The notes: a model not told the origin generated them from the sequence alone. Positions 1 to 12,680 are shown, counted from the stretch's first letter. The stretch: 64,000 nt of DNA from an uncultured delta proteobacterium (GCA_963727625.1 CAVSHR010000012.1:1-64000); one strand, 5' to 3'. Numbers and translations: made by a program.

Positions 1-1
1 G

Positions 2-411
<410 letters not shown>

Positions 412-415
<4 letters not shown>

Positions 416-1740
416 CGAAGCCGCCCGAAAAATCGAAGGTCGTCCGCAAGCTGCGCTGCGCGGTCTACACCCGGAAATCCTCCGAGGAAGGGCTGGAGCA
501 GGAGTTCAACAGCCTCCACGCCCAGCGCGAGGCCTGCGAGGCGTACATCGCCAGCCAGCGGTCCGAGGGCTGGGTGCTGGTCCGCGATCAGTATGACGAC
601 GGCGGCATCTCGGGCGGCACGCTGGAGCGGCCCGGCCTGAAGCGGCTGCTGGAGGACATCGAGGACGGGCTGGTCGACGTGGTCGTGGTCTACAAGATCG
701 ACCGCCTCAGCCGCTCGCTCGCCGATTTCGCCAAGCTGGTCGAGGTGTTCGACCGGAACGGCGTGACCTTCGTCTCGGTCACGCAGTCGTTCAACACCAC
801 CACGTCGATGGGGCGGCTGACGCTGAACATCCTGCTGTCAGCTTCGCCCAGTTCGAGCGCGAGGTGACGGCCGAGCGCATCCGCGACAAGGTCGCCGCCA
901 GCCGGAAGAAGGGCATGTGGATGGGCGGGGTGCCGCCCTACGGCTACCGCGTCGAGAACCGCAAGCTGGTGGTCGACGAGGAAGCCGCCGCGCATGTCCG
1001 CTGGATCTTCGCCCGCTTCCTCGAGATCGGGTCCTGCACGGAACTGGCGCGCGAGGTCGGCGCAGCGCGGCATCCGCACGCCGCGCGGCAACCGGATCGA
1101 CAAGAAGTACATCTACCGGATGCTCAGCAACCGCGCCTACATCGGCGAGGCGGTCCACAAGGGCGACAGCTATCCCGGCGAGCACGACGCCATCATCGAC
1201 CGCGAGACGTGGGACAAGGTCCACGCCATCCTGCAGGAGAGCCCGCGCAAGCGCGCCGCCCGCACCCGCGCCGACACGCCCGCGCTGCTGAAGGGGCTGC
1301 TGTTCGGTCCCGATGGCGCCGCCTTCTCGCCGACGCACACCCGCAAGGGCGACAGGCTCTACCGCTACTATGTCAGCCAGACCGTGCTGAAGCATGGCGC
1401 CGGGTCGTGCCCGGTCGGCCGCGTGCCCGCGGGCGAGATCGAGGCCGCCGTCATCGACCAGCTGCGCGCCGTGTTCCGCCAGCCCGAGATCGTGGCGGGG
1501 ACGTGGAAGGCGGCGCGCGCCCACGCCGACGACATCACCGAGGCCGACGCCCGCGCGGCGCTGCAGCAACTCGACCCGCTGTGGGACGAACTCTTCCCCG
1601 CCGAGCAGGCGCGCATCGTGGCGCTGCTGGTCGAGCGCGTGGACATCGGCACGGATGGGCTCAACGTCCGGCTCCGCGTGGATGGCCTCGGCGGCCTCGC
1701 GCGCGAGATGCTGGCTGGAGACATGGGAGCGGCGGCATGA
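412..1740 (+). CDS. Large serine recombinase (resolvase + recombinase domains), split by 2 frameshifts
   Basis: RCAVYTRKSS catalytic motif, YDDGGISGGTLERPGL, VYKIDRLSRS, then ERIRDKVAASRKKGMWMGGVPPYGY and YIGE...YPGEHDAII, spread over ORFs 256-867, 864-1979 and 994-1740. Confidence 0.9.
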
Positions 1741-2149
1741 CCCGCGGCACGCCGATCCCCGAGACCGTGACGCTCCACGTTCCGTTTCGCATCGTGAAGC
1801 GCGGCGGGCGGAAGGAGATGCAGATGCCCGACGGCGCCGCGCCAGCCGCGCAGGACCGACAACACGCTGGTCAAGGCGCTGGCCCGCGCCTTCCGCTGGA
1901 AGCGGATGCTGGAGTTCGGGCGAGTTCGCCACCATCGCCGAACTGGCCGAGCGCGAGGGGATCGCGCCCTCCTACATGACCCGCGTCCTGCGCCTGACGC
2001 TGCTCGCGCCGGACATCGCCCGATATCGTCGAGGCGATCCTGGACGGAAGCAGGGGCCGGAAGTGACGCTGGCGCGGGTGCTGGAGCCATTTCCGGTGGA
2101 ATGGGACGAGCAGCGCCAGCCAATTTTCAGTACACGTTCCATTGCATGA
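1737..2149 (+). CDS. Recombinase-associated small HTH-like protein (frameshifted)
   Basis: Stitched reading TLHVPFRIVKRGGRK...LVKALARAFRWKRML.SGEFATIAELAEREGIAPSYMTRVLRLTLLAPDI, typical of the gene after DUF2924-recombinase modules. Confidence 0.7.
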
Positions 2150-2192
2150 ACCTGCTCCAACAAGGCACCACGGAAGGGGGTTGATTGCGCGA

Positions 2193-2215
2193 ATGCGTAT
2201 AGTTTATATATCCAT
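2193..2215. promoter_or_regulatory. Imperfect palindrome in AT-rich promoter region, candidate WYL-repressor operator
   Basis: ATGcgTATAgtttaTATAtcCAT (ATG-N2-TATA-N5-TATA-N2-CAT), downstream of TTGATT at 2181 and about 55 bp before the WYL start. Confidence 0.35.
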
Positions 2216-2269
2216 CATCAAACAAATCGGGTTGACGCTCTTGTCCTACCTGCTCAACGAGGACCTGCC

Positions 2270-3136
2270 ATGCGCTGGGGTGTCGAAAAGCGATTGGAAT
2301 TCATAGAGTTCCGCCTTTTTTGGGAGGGCGGGATCAATCGCGCTGACATCATGGACCAGTTCGGCGTGTCGGTGCCGCAGGCCTCCAAGGACCTCAGCCT
2401 CTATGAGGAAAAGGCGCCCGGCAATCTCCTCTACGACAAGAGCGAGAAGCGCTATTTCGCGGCTGCCGAGCTTTCAAGCCCGTCTTCCTGAAGCCCGATG
2501 CCGACCGCGTACCTCGCTCAGCTTCGCAACCGTATCGGAGCCGCATCGTGGCGCCACCGAAGAGACCTGGCTTCTCGGACATGCCGGAAACTGATGCGAT
2601 GCCGGTTCCGCACCGGCGCGTGGATGTCGATGTTCTGCGTGACGTTCTCGCGGCCGTCCGGGAACGGCGCGCCATCGAAATCTTCTATCAGTCGATGAAT
2701 CCAGAGCCGCCCCGAGCCGACATGGCGATGGATCACGCCCCACGCTTTCGGCAATGACGGCTTGCGCTGGCACGTGCGTGCCTTTTGCCACATCGACAGA
2801 AGTTCAAGGATTTCATCCTGTCGCGATGCCTGAAGTCCCGGAAGCGATGGACTGCCGGCGCGCATCCGCGAACGATGATATGCTTTGGAATGAGCGCTTC
2901 GCAGTCGTGCTCGCGCCAAATCCGGCGCTGAGCGAGAGCCAGCAGGCGATCATCGCGCAGGACTACGAGATGACAGAACGGGCGTGTCGAGTGCCGGTGC
3001 GCAAGGCGCTTCTCTATTACTTCCAGAAGAGACTGCGTCTGGATGTCGCCGACGCGCTCGACAACCCGCACGAAATGCCGGTCGTCGTCGCCAATCGCGC
3101 TGCATTTGACGCCGCCTTGCGGAGGCGATGGCATGA
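2270..3136 (+). CDS. WYL-domain transcriptional regulator (BrxR/CapW-like wHTH-WYL-WCX), frameshifted
   Basis: RLEFIEFRLFWEGGINRADIMDQFGVSVPQASKDLSLY (wHTH); IEIFYQSM...WITPHAFGNDGLRWHVRAFC...FKDFILSR (WYL); LAPNPALSESQQAIIAQDY...VRKALLYY (WCX). Confidence 0.85.
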
Positions 3137-6100
3137 AGTCGGACGAATTTCGAAATCCTCCGTGACGGATGGCCCGAACTCGCCGGCCTTGGCGGGTTCG
3201 CGGAAGCCTATGCGCATGCCGATCCGGCCAGCGCGCTCGTCAAGCTGCGGCTCTTTGCCGAGAACCTGACCAAGGACATCTATCGCGATCTGCGGCTGCC
3301 AAAGCCGGATCAGCCGACATTCGTCGATCTGCTTGAAGAACGACGCCTTCATCGGCGATCACGCCGAAGGTCGTTCTCGACAAGCTCCATGCCCTGCGCA
3401 TGCACGGCAACAAGGCCGCGCACGGCGAGCCGGCGAGAGCTCAGAACGCGCTCTGGCTCTTGAAAGAGGCGCACGATCTCGCGCGCTGGCTGTTCGTCCA
3501 GTACGGCGACGGCGAAAGCCGACGAGCATTCCCGCCGTTCAAGCAGCCGAGCCGCGCCGCAGGCAAGGCAGCAGGCGCGAGAACGGCGCCAGGTTCTCGA
3601 AAAGCTCGCTGCGCAGGAAGCGCAGATGGATGCGCTGCTTGCGGAGCTGGAAGCAGCGCGCGAAGGCGACCGTGCAGCCGAAAAGAAAGCCGAAGAGCTC
3701 GAGCGCTGGCAGCATCCGGCCGAGGCAGCGGCCAACGAGCTTGAGTTCGATGAGGCGACGACACGCACCCGCCTGATCGACAGCCTGCTCGCAAGCGTCG
3801 GCTGGGATGTCGCGGCTGGCGAAGCCAGCACGGACGAGGTCGGCAAGGAGGTCGAGGTCAACGATCAGCCGACCGCGTCCGGCATCGGCTATGCCGACTA
3901 TGTGCTGTGGGACGACAACGGCAATCCGCTGGCCGTCATCGAGGCCAAGAAGACATCCGTCGATCCGGAGCGGGGCCGGCATCAGGCCAAGCTCTATGCC
4001 GACGGCCTGGAAAAGAAGCACGGCCACCGCCCGGTCATCTTCTACACCAACGGCTTCGACATCTGGATTTGGGACGACGCGCAGGGCTTTCCGCCGCGCA
4101 AGCTGTACGGCTTCTATTCGAAGGACAGCCTGCAGCATCTCGCGAACTTCCAGCGCGCAGAGCGCAAGCCGCTCGATACGGTCGAGATCAACGACGCAGA
4201 TCGTCAATCGCCTCTATCAGATCGAGGCGATCAAGCGCGTCTCCGAGCGGTTTCACAGACAAGCACCGCAAGGCGCTGATCGTTCAGGCGACCGGCACCG
4301 GCAAGACCCGCGTTGCGATCGCGCTGGCCGAACTGCTGATCCGGGCCGGCTGGGTAAAGCGCGTCCTGTTCCTCTGCGACCGGCGCGAACTGCGCAAGCA
4401 GGCCAAGAACGCTTTCAATGATTTCCTGTCGGAGCCGATCCGGATCGTCAGCTCGCGCGTCAAATCGAACGCGAGCGAGCGCATCTTCCTGGCGACCTAT
4501 CCGGCGATGCAGAAGGTCTTCCAGTCCTTCGATGTCGGGCTTCTTCGACCTGATCATCGCCGATGAGTCCCACCGCAGCATCTACAACGTCTACGGCGAC
4601 ATCTTTCACTATTTCGACTGCCATCAGATCGGCCTGACCGCGACGCCGGTCGATTTCGTGACGCGGAGCACCTTCCGGCTCTTCGATTGCGAGGGCCAGC
4701 TGCCGACGGCGAACTACGATCTGGAGCAGGCGGTCGAGGACGGCTACCTGACGCCGTTCGAGGTCTTCGAGCACACGACGCAGTTCCTGCGCGAGGGCAT
4801 CAGCCTCGACACCCTGACCAAGGAGCAGATCGAGGAGCTCGAAGAACAGGGCGAAGACCCGTCGCAGTACGATTTCTCATCCGAGCAGATCGACAAGGTC
4901 ATCTACAACAAGGACACCAACCGCGCGATCCTGCGCAACCTGATGGAAAACGGGATGCGCGATGCGACGGGCCAGCTTCCCGGCAAGAGCATCATCTTCG
5001 CCCGCAACCACCAGCACGCCGTCCTGCTGCGCCAGCTGTTCGACGAGATGTACCCGCAGTATGGCGGCAAGTTCTGCCAGGTGATCGACAACTACGATCC
5101 CCGCGCCGAGCAGCTGATCGACGATTTCAAGGGCGAAGGCACGAACAACGATCTGACGATCGCGATCTCGGTCGACATGCTCGATACCGGCATCGACATC
5201 CCGGAGATCGTCAACCTCGTCTTCGCCAAGCCGGTCAAGTCGCCGGTCAAGTTCTGGCAGATGATCGGCCGCGGCACGCGGCTCTGTGCCAGGACCTGTT
5301 CGGCCCGGGCCAGGACAAGACGCATCTTCCGCATCTTCGATCACTGGGGCAACTTCGAGCGCTTTGAGATGGGCTACCGCCCGGCCGAGCCGACGCAAGG
5401 CAAGTCGCTTGCTGCAGCTGGTCTTCGAGGAGCGGCTCGATGCTCGCCGAGACGGCCCTGCAGAAGAGCGAGATTCGCGGTCTTCGACACGGCCATCGAG
5501 CTGATCGCGGCAGACATCGAGGCGCTGCCGGAAGAGTCGATCGCCGTCCGCGAGAAGTGGAAGGAAAAGCGCGCGCTGTCGCAGCCGGCGACGCTCAAGG
5601 CCTTCGCGCCGGCGACCGTGGCGACGGCTGCGCCAGGACATCGCGCCGCTGATGCAGTGGCGGAACATCCGCGGCTCGAGCGACGCCTACGCGCTCGACC
5701 TGCTGATCGCCCGCATGCAGATCGCGCTGCTTGCGCAAGTCCGGCGAGCTCGCCGATCTGAAGATCGAGCTGCTGGACCGGCTGGCAGCGCTGCAGATGC
5801 ACCTGAACCCGGTGCGCGAGAAGGCGGAAGTCATCAAGCGCGTGAAGTCCGATGAGTTCTGGGACGAGCGTCACCGTCGCGGCGCTGGAAGAGGTGCGCG
5901 TACCGCTTCGCGAGATCATGCATCACCGCGAGCGCGGCGGCGGCCAGGCCGCTGCCGCCGAAGATCGTCGATGTCACCGAGGATGCCGGCCGGCATTCAG
6001 TACAGCCGCGCGCTCGACAAGCCTGAAGACCGTCGACATGAAGGCCTACCAGCAGATCGTCGAGGCCGAGCTCAAGAAGCATTTCGAAACCAACCCGACA

Positions 6101-6572
6101 CTCAAGAAGATCCGCGCCGGCGAAGCCGGTGTCCGACGCCGACCTCAGGCGCTTGTGTCGCTTGTCCTGACCCAGAACCCGAACGTCGAGCCGCGACGTG
6201 CTCGAGGAGTTCTTCAGCGACACCGCCGAGCCGCTCGATCTCGCGATCCGCACGATCATCGGCATGGACCCCGAAGCCGTGCAGGAGCGGTTCACCGCCT
6301 TCGCCCAGCAAGCATCCGAAGCTGACCGCCAAGCAGACGCGCTTCTCGCGCTGCTGCAAAACCACATCGCCCGCTACGGCTCGATCACGGTCGACCGGCT
6401 CTACGACGCGCCCTTCACCGTCGTCGATGCCGACGGCCTGGACGGCGTGTTCGAAGACGAAGACGAGGTCAACGATCTTCTTCAGCATCGTGCGGACCTT
6501 CGGCCCGCCGACCGAGGAGCGCTCCGACGACAAACCCGAACGAAAGGACGAATCAACAATGGTCACGGGTGA
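3133..6572 (+). CDS. hsdR: Type I restriction enzyme R subunit (DUF4145-like N-terminus, PD-(D/E)xK nuclease, SF2 helicase), many frameshifts; 3' end approximate
   Basis: ADYVLW...[16 protein letters not shown] (Walker A), [12 protein letters not shown] (DEAH-type), [25 protein letters not shown]. Confidence 0.9.
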
Positions 6573-8097
6573 ACTGAAACGGCGCATCGACGCGCTCTGG
6601 ACGGAATTCTGGCAGGGCGGGATCACCAACCCGCTGACGGTGATCGAGCAGATCACGTTCCTGATGTTTGCCCGCCTGCTCGACATCAACGAGACGCGCG
6701 ACGAGAACCGCGCAGAAGCGCACCGGCAAGTCGTTCCAGCGCCGCTTCAAGGATGACGAGCAGCACCTGCGCTGGTCGCAGTTCCGGCACCTGGGCGCCG
6801 ACGAGATGCTCCCGCTCGTGCGCGACAAGGTCTTCCCGCATTTCAAGATCGACGGCGGCCAGCGGCACGGCCTTCGCCGAGTTCATGAAGGACGCGCAGC
6901 TGATGATCCAGAAGCCGAGCCTTCTGGTGAAGGCCGTCAACATGATCCACGAGCTGCCGCTGACCGAGGGCGACACCAAGGGCGACCTCTACGAGTACCT
7001 GCTCAGCAAGCTGACCACCGCCGGCATCAACGGCCAGTTCCGCACGCCGCGCCACATCATCCGGCTGATGGTCGACATGCTGGAGCCGAAGCCGACCGAC
7101 GTCGATCGGCGACCCGGCCTGCGGCACCGGCGGCTTTCTGGTCGGCGTCGATGGAGTACCTGCTGCGAGACCTACACCTCGCCCGAAGGCAGTCATCGAG
7201 GAAACCGATCCCGAGACCGGCGCGACCGAGAAGATCTACACCGGCGACCTGCTCGAAGCCGCACCGCGAGCACATCCGAAGCGAGCATGTTCCACGGCTT
7301 CGACTTCGACGCGACCATGCTGCGCATCGCCGCCATGAACCTGATGCTGCACGGCGTCGATGATCCCGACATCCACTACCAGGACACGCTGAGCACCAGC
7401 TTCACCGAGACGCTTCCCGAAAGCGGCGAGCGAGGGCTTCGACGTCATCCTCGCCAATCCGCCCTTCAAGGGCAGCCTGGACTTCGAGGACGTGCACTCC
7501 TCGCTGCTGCGCCAGGTCAAGACGAAGAAGACCGAGCTGCTCTTCGTCGCGCTGATCCTGCGGATGCTGAAGACCGGCGGCCGGTCGGCGACCATCGTGC
7601 CCGACGGCGTGCTGTTCGGCTCGTCCGGCGCCCACCAGGCGCTGCGCAAGCTGCTGGTCGATAACAACCAGCTGGAGGCGGTGATCTCGCTGCCGAGCGG
7701 CGTGTTCAAGCCCTATGCCGGGGTCTCCACCGGCATCCTGGTCTTCACCAAGGGCGGGCGCACCGACAACGTCTTTTTCTACGATGTGCAGGCCGACGGC
7801 TTCTCGCTCGACGACAAGCGGGAGCAACCGATTGACGAGAACGATCTGCCGGGCTGTCTGGCGGCTCGGCGGAACCGGAATCCGGGCGGGATACGGACCG
7901 GACGCAAAAAGCCTTCTTCGTGTCCGGCTAGAGGAGATTCCGTGGATGCGAATTACGACCTGTCACTGAGCAAGTACAAGGTTCGGCCCCACGTTGCTCA
8001 GGATTACCACGCCCCGGCGGTAATCTTGGATCGAATGAAAAAGCTGAATGACGACATTGCGTCTGATCTGGCGGAACTTGAGGAACTGCTCGGATGA
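6559..8097 (+). CDS. hsdM: Type I R-M methyltransferase M subunit (m6A), frameshifted
   Basis: [14 protein letters not shown]...[33 protein letters not shown] (motif I), [12 protein letters not shown] (motif IV), IVPDGVLFG. Confidence 0.92.
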
Positions 8098-8355
8098 TCG
8101 CCACGTCTCCCTTCTTCACTGGCGAACAAGGCCGATGTCATTCGGGGCGTTACGTTTTCCAAGGGTGACGCGGTTTCACTGCCTCGGGACGGATACACTC
8201 CCGTACCTGAGGGCGGGAAATATCCAAGGTCATCTGATCCTAGACGATGATTCCTGGTCGATGTCCCTGAGCGTATGGTATCGGAAAAACAACGGCTTCG
8301 CCGCGGCGATATAGTCATGTGCACGTCTTCGGGCAGTGCGGAAATCGTCGGAAGC
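8094..8355 (+). pseudogene. hsdS: Type I R-M specificity subunit, N-terminal fragment only
   Basis: ATGA overlap with hsdM. VIRGVTFSKGD...LRAGNIQ...LRRGDIVMCTSSGSAEIVG is the first TRD; similarity stops at ~8355. Confidence 0.75.
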
Positions 8356-8451
8356 AATCTTCCGCGCGCAAGCGCGGCAGCGCGGCGGATAAAGCCAGTC
8401 GATCACCCAGTCCAAACGATCGGCAATGGAACAGCGCGGCAAGAGGTCCAT
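8356..8451 (-). pseudogene. ComF-family (double zinc ribbon/PRT) N-terminal fragment
   Basis: MDLLPRCSIADRLDWVIDWLYPPRCRACARKI resembles the ComF start (LLFPxxCxxC). It follows gpmI on the same strand and is cut at the junction. Confidence 0.6.
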
Positions 8452-8572
8452 GGCTGGCGGGGACTCTAGCAAAAAATACACGGATCGTGAAAGCTCGAAA
8501 ATTCAAACCACCGAACGAATTCGTGCAGCCACGAACAGATATCGGGCAGTTAGCAACAAGAGCTAAAATTGC

Positions 8573-10117
8573 CTAAGCGTCGACAATCAGCGAGCGGCCG
8601 GTCATTTCCTCCGGCTGCGCCAACTTGAGCAGCTCAAGTACCGTGGGCGCGATGTCGATGCCGGAGCCCTGTTTGAGCCGGCACTTCCGTTTCTCTTCAT
8701 CGACCAGAATCACCGGCACCAGATTGGTCGTGTGGGCCGTGTGCGGCATACCGGTATCGTAGTCGATCAGCTGCTCGATGTTGCCGTGATCGGCGGTGAT
8801 GATCACTTTGCCTTGCTTGCCCATGGCTGCGTCGACCACCTTGCCGAGGCATTCGTCGATGACTTCCACCGCCTTCACGGACGCTTCAAATTTTCCGGTA
8901 TGGCCGACCATGTCGGCGTTGGCGTAGTTGGCAATCACCAGGCTGACGTCGGTTTCCCGCAAATATTTTACCAACGCTTCCGTCACCGGCCGCGCGCTCA
9001 TTTCCGGCTTCAAGTCGTAGGTGGCAACATCCTTGGGTGAAGGGACGAGAATGCGCTCCTCGCCGGGAAACTTGCTTTCCTCGCCGCCGTTAAAAAAGTA
9101 CGTGACATGGGCGTATTTTTCGGTCTCGGCGATGCGCAGCTGGCGCAAGCCGGCCTGGCTGACTAGCTCGCCGAGAATCCGCCGAATTTCCCGCGGCGCG
9201 TAAGCCACCGGCAGTTTAAAAGTCTCATCGTACTGGGTCATGGTCGTGTAAGTAGAGAGCTTGGGCCGGCGCTTGCGCGGAAACTCTTTGAAATCCTCTT
9301 CGATCAGCGCCCGGGTCAATTCGCGCGCGCGGTCGGCGCGGAAGTTGAAACAGATCACGCCGTCGCCGTCATCGATTAAACCGGCCGGCATGACGTCCGT
9401 GACCGTCGTCGGCAAAACGAACTCGTCGTTGATTTTTTCTTTGTAACTGTCGCGAATTGCAGTAAGCGCGGAGTCCGCCTCTTTGCCGATACCCCCGGTC
9501 ACACAGATGTAGGCTTTTTCCACTCGGTCCCAGCGTTTGTCGCGGTCCATGGCGTAATAACGGCCGCTCACCGTGGCGATCTTGACGTTAGGATAAGCTT
9601 TGAGCTTTTCGTTGAGATCGAGCATGAACTGCTCGGCACTGGTCGGCGGCGTATCGCGCCCATCCAGAAATAAATGCAAATAAACCGCGCCGATCTTCTC
9701 GCGGCGCGTCATCTCGATGATCGCCTCCATATGGCGCTGGTGGCTGTGCACGCCGCCGTCACCCAACAACCCCATTAGATGCAAACGGTTGCTCACCGCT
9801 TTGGTCTTGCGCAAGGCCTCTAGCAGCACAGGATTCTTATAAAAAGAGCCATCGTCGATGTCTTTGTGAATCAGCGTGAGGTCTTGATAGACGATCCGTC
9901 CGGCGCCGAGGATCATATGGCCGACTTCGGAGTTGCCCATCTGCCCTTCCGGCAAGCCTACGTCCATCCCTGACATGGATGACCGGGTATTCGGATAGTT
10001 CTTCAGCAGCGCGTCCAAGTTGGGCGTCGTAGCGTTAGCGATCGCATTGCCCTCTTTGCGCGGATTGATGCCGAAGCCATCCAGAATGATGAGAACCACT
10101 GGCTCGATGTTGCTCAC
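8573..10117 (-). CDS. gpmI: 2,3-bisphosphoglycerate-independent phosphoglycerate mutase
   Basis: LIILDGFG, VGLPEGQMGNSEVGH, GRYYAMDRDKRW, AETEKYAHVT, NADMVGHTG, TADHGN. Confidence 0.97.
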   Translation of the reverse strand: MSNIEPVVLIILDGFGINPRKEGNAIANATTPNLDALLKNYPNTRSSMSGMDVGLPEGQMGNSEVGHMILGAGRIVYQDLTLIHKDIDDGSFYKNPVLLEALRKTKAVSNRLHLMGLLGDGGVHSHQRHMEAIIEMTRREKIGAVYLHLFLDGRDTPPTSAEQFMLDLNEKLKAYPNVKIATVSGRYYAMDRDKRWDRVEKAYICVTGGIGKEADSALTAIRDSYKEKINDEFVLPTTVTDVMPAGLIDDGDGVICFNFRADRARELTRALIEEDFKEFPRKRRPKLSTYTTMTQYDETFKLPVAYAPREIRRILGELVSQAGLRQLRIAETEKYAHVTYFFNGGEESKFPGEERILVPSPKDVATYDLKPEMSARPVTEALVKYLRETDVSLVIANYANADMVGHTGKFEASVKAVEVIDECLGKVVDAAMGKQGKVIITADHGNIEQLIDYDTGMPHTAHTTNLVPVILVDEEKRKCRLKQGSGIDIAPTVLELLKLAQPEEMTGRSLIVDA

Positions 10118-10205
10118 GGGAGCTTCCTTTCTCTGCCGGCTTTGATTCGAATCGGATCAAGCTTGCCGGCTGCCGTTTAGCGAGACGAAAAGACAGTCGA
10201 GCTCG

Positions 10206-10619
10206 CTAAGCTAACGGCTCGTTGGCGATTTGGAACTCGCCCACCAGCCGGGCGACAGTCTCCGGCAGCTTGGCGCGCGGCGCATGTCCCCATAAACCGT
10301 CGAGGTCGTAAAACTGACGCACAGGTTCATAGAAGACGTGCACAATGACGTCGGAGAAATCCATCAGAACCCAGTGGCCGCGCTGGGTGCCTTCGACCGC
10401 GAAGGGCCTAAACCCTTCTTCCGCGGCGTTTTCCTGCAGCCCTTGGGCGATACTTTGCACCTGGCGGTCGGAACGGCCCGAGCAAAGGATAAAATAATCG
10501 GCGATGGAGGTATGCTCGCGTACATCCAGCACAACCAAATCACAAGCTTTTTTGTCGAGAGCGAAGCGGATCAACAACAGGGTTTTTTCCCAGGAACTCA
10601 TCTCTGTCAAAGTCGTCAC
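10206..10619 (-). CDS. rsfS: Ribosome silencing factor
   Basis: DKKACDLVVLDV...ADYFILCSGRSDRQV...WVLMDFSDVIVHVF...RQFYDLDGLW; follows nadD. Confidence 0.95.
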   Translation of the reverse strand: MTTLTEMSSWEKTLLLIRFALDKKACDLVVLDVREHTSIADYFILCSGRSDRQVQSIAQGLQENAAEEGFRPFAVEGTQRGHWVLMDFSDVIVHVFYEPVRQFYDLDGLWGHAPRAKLPETVARLVGEFQIANEPLA

Positions 10620-11278
10620 CGCTCCCCGCCAGCGCTGCGGTACAGGCCGCGCCGTTTGATGTAACGTTCCACTTCTGCCGGCACTAGATAACGAATAGAT
10701 TTCCCCGCTTTGACCAGTGCACGAATCTCCGAAGCCGAGATCGCAATATCGGTAAGTTCGTCGAAAAAAACCCGCGTGCCGCTCCCATGGCGATAATTCT
10801 TACGTCGAAAATCATAACAAAACAGCTTTTTCACGGCAACGCCGGTGCCCTTGAGCGGGTCGTTGTCTTTGCTGCCGGGCCGCGAGGTGACGATGAAATG
10901 ACACAGCGGAAAGAGCTCGGCGAAATCTTTCCAGGTGCCGATCTCGCGAAAGGCATCGAGGCCGATGATGAAGTAAAGCAAATCGCCCGGCTGTTTTTTG
11001 GCGGCGAAGTCGCGGATGGTGTCGATTGAGTAAGACACCCCGGCACGGGAAATTTCCACGGTGGAAACGTGAAAACGCGGATTTTTCGCCACCGCCAAGC
11101 GTACCATCTGTAAACGGTCGCGCACCGGCGTTGTGGTTTGGCCGCGCTTATGGGGCGGCACCGCGGCGGGAATAAAGTAAACGCGGTCCAAGCCGAAGGT
11201 CTCGCTGACCTCTTCCGCACTGCGTAGATGGCCCCAATGGATCGGGTCGAAGGTGCCGCCAAACAGACCAATTTTCAT
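10616..11278 (-). CDS. nadD: Nicotinate-nucleotide adenylyltransferase
   Basis: MKIGLFGGTFDPIHWGHL, PPHK, SYSIDT, ISASEIR. Start moved to the ATG at 11278. Confidence 0.95.
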   Translation of the reverse strand: MKIGLFGGTFDPIHWGHLRSAEEVSETFGLDRVYFIPAAVPPHKRGQTTTPVRDRLQMVRLAVAKNPRFHVSTVEISRAGVSYSIDTIRDFAAKKQPGDLLYFIIGLDAFREIGTWKDFAELFPLCHFIVTSRPGSKDNDPLKGTGVAVKKLFCYDFRRKNYRHGSGTRVFFDELTDIAISASEIRALVKAGKSIRYLVPAEVERYIKRRGLYRSAGGER

Positions 11279-11401
11279 AGAGCGGCAACGGATGCAAAAA
11301 GGGAGAAGGAATGAAGCATACGCGATGAAAATAAGAAATTTCCCCGCCGCGACCGAACACGCATCCACCCTCCGCTTTCTGCCGTCATCCTTGCGCCTCG
11401 C

Positions 11402-12673
11402 TCACTCCCGAACCTGCCCATTGCCAAAAACGATGAATTTCGTGGTCGTTAGCTCTTCGAGTCCCATCGGACCGAACGCGTGAATCTTGCTGGTGCTGAT
11501 GCCGATCTCGGCGCCCAGACCGAGCTCGCTGCCATCGTTGAAGCGGGTCGAGGCGTTGACCATCACCGCGGACGAATTGACCCGTTCGATAAATTCGCGC
11601 GATCTTTGATAGTTAGTCGTGACAATACTCTCGGTGTGCTCGGAGCCGTAGCGTTCGATATGGTCGATCGCTTCGTCCATGTCCTTGACGATTCGCACCG
11701 CAAGGATCAGGTCCAGATATTCTTCGCTCCAGTCGGCCTCGCCGGCCTGCTTGATCCCCGGAACCAATGCGCGGGTTTGTTCGCAACCGCGAACCTCTAC
11801 GCCGGCAGCCTGGTACTTGGCGATCATCGCGGGCAAAAAATAGGGTGCGATCGCCTCATGCACGAGCAGTGTTTCCATGGCGTTACACACCGACGGCCGC
11901 TGCACCTTGGCGTTGTAGCAAATGCGCTCGGCCATCTCCAATGAAGCGTCGGCGTCGACGTAAACATGGCAGACACCTTTGTAATGCTTGATCACGGGAA
12001 TTTTGGAATTTGCCACTACGGCTCGGATCAGCTCCTCGCCGCCGCGCGGGATAATCAGGTCAATATAATCTTCCAGCTGGAGCAACTCGTTCACCAGAGC
12101 GCGATCTTTGAACTGGGCAACTTGCACGGCGTCCTTAGGCACCGCGGTCTCCGCGCATGCCTCGCGCAATACTGCGCCGATCGCTTGGTTGGAGTGATGC
12201 GCCTCGCTACCGCCGCGCAGGATTACGGCATTGCCGGATTTCAAACACAGCGCGGCGGCGTCGGCGGTCACGTTGGGACGCGCTTCATAGATGATGCCGA
12301 TGACACCGAGCGGGATGCGCATGCGTCCGACTTGCAAGCCGTTTGGGCGGCGCCACATCTTTACTACCTCGCGCACTGGGTCGGGCAGCGCGGCGACTTC
12401 ACGCAACCCCATTGCCATGCTCTGCACCCGGCCGGCATCGAGGGCGATGCGGTCGAGCACCGCGCTCGACACACCGGCCTTTTTCGCGGACTCCAAATCC
12501 TTGCGGTTTTCGACCAGCAAATGGGGACTCCGCGCTTCGAGCCTATCCGCCATCAGTAAAAGAGCTCGGTTTTTTTCCGCCGTCGAGAGCGGCGCCAACC
12601 GGCGGGCCGCGCTCTTGGCGCGCTTGCCGAGCCGGAGCGCTTCTTCTTTCAGGGTTTGACTTTGAACGGACAT
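11402..12673 (-). CDS. proA: Gamma-glutamyl phosphate reductase
   Basis: [71 protein letters not shown]. Confidence 0.97.
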   Translation of the reverse strand: MSVQSQTLKEEALRLGKRAKSAARRLAPLSTAEKNRALLLMADRLEARSPHLLVENRKDLESAKKAGVSSAVLDRIALDAGRVQSMAMGLREVAALPDPVREVVKMWRRPNGLQVGRMRIPLGVIGIIYEARPNVTADAAALCLKSGNAVILRGGSEAHHSNQAIGAVLREACAETAVPKDAVQVAQFKDRALVNELLQLEDYIDLIIPRGGEELIRAVVANSKIPVIKHYKGVCHVYVDADASLEMAERICYNAKVQRPSVCNAMETLLVHEAIAPYFLPAMIAKYQAAGVEVRGCEQTRALVPGIKQAGEADWSEEYLDLILAVRIVKDMDEAIDHIERYGSEHTESIVTTNYQRSREFIERVNSSAVMVNASTRFNDGSELGLGAEIGISTSKIHAFGPMGLEELTTTKFIVFGNGQVRE

Positions 12674-12680
12674 GGCGAAT

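Noticed and set aside
5731-6756. Apparent in-frame HsdR-HsdM fusion
   Set aside because: The region is full of single-base indels, so a shifted stop is more likely. hsdM has its own RBS-like AAGGA and ATG at 6559.
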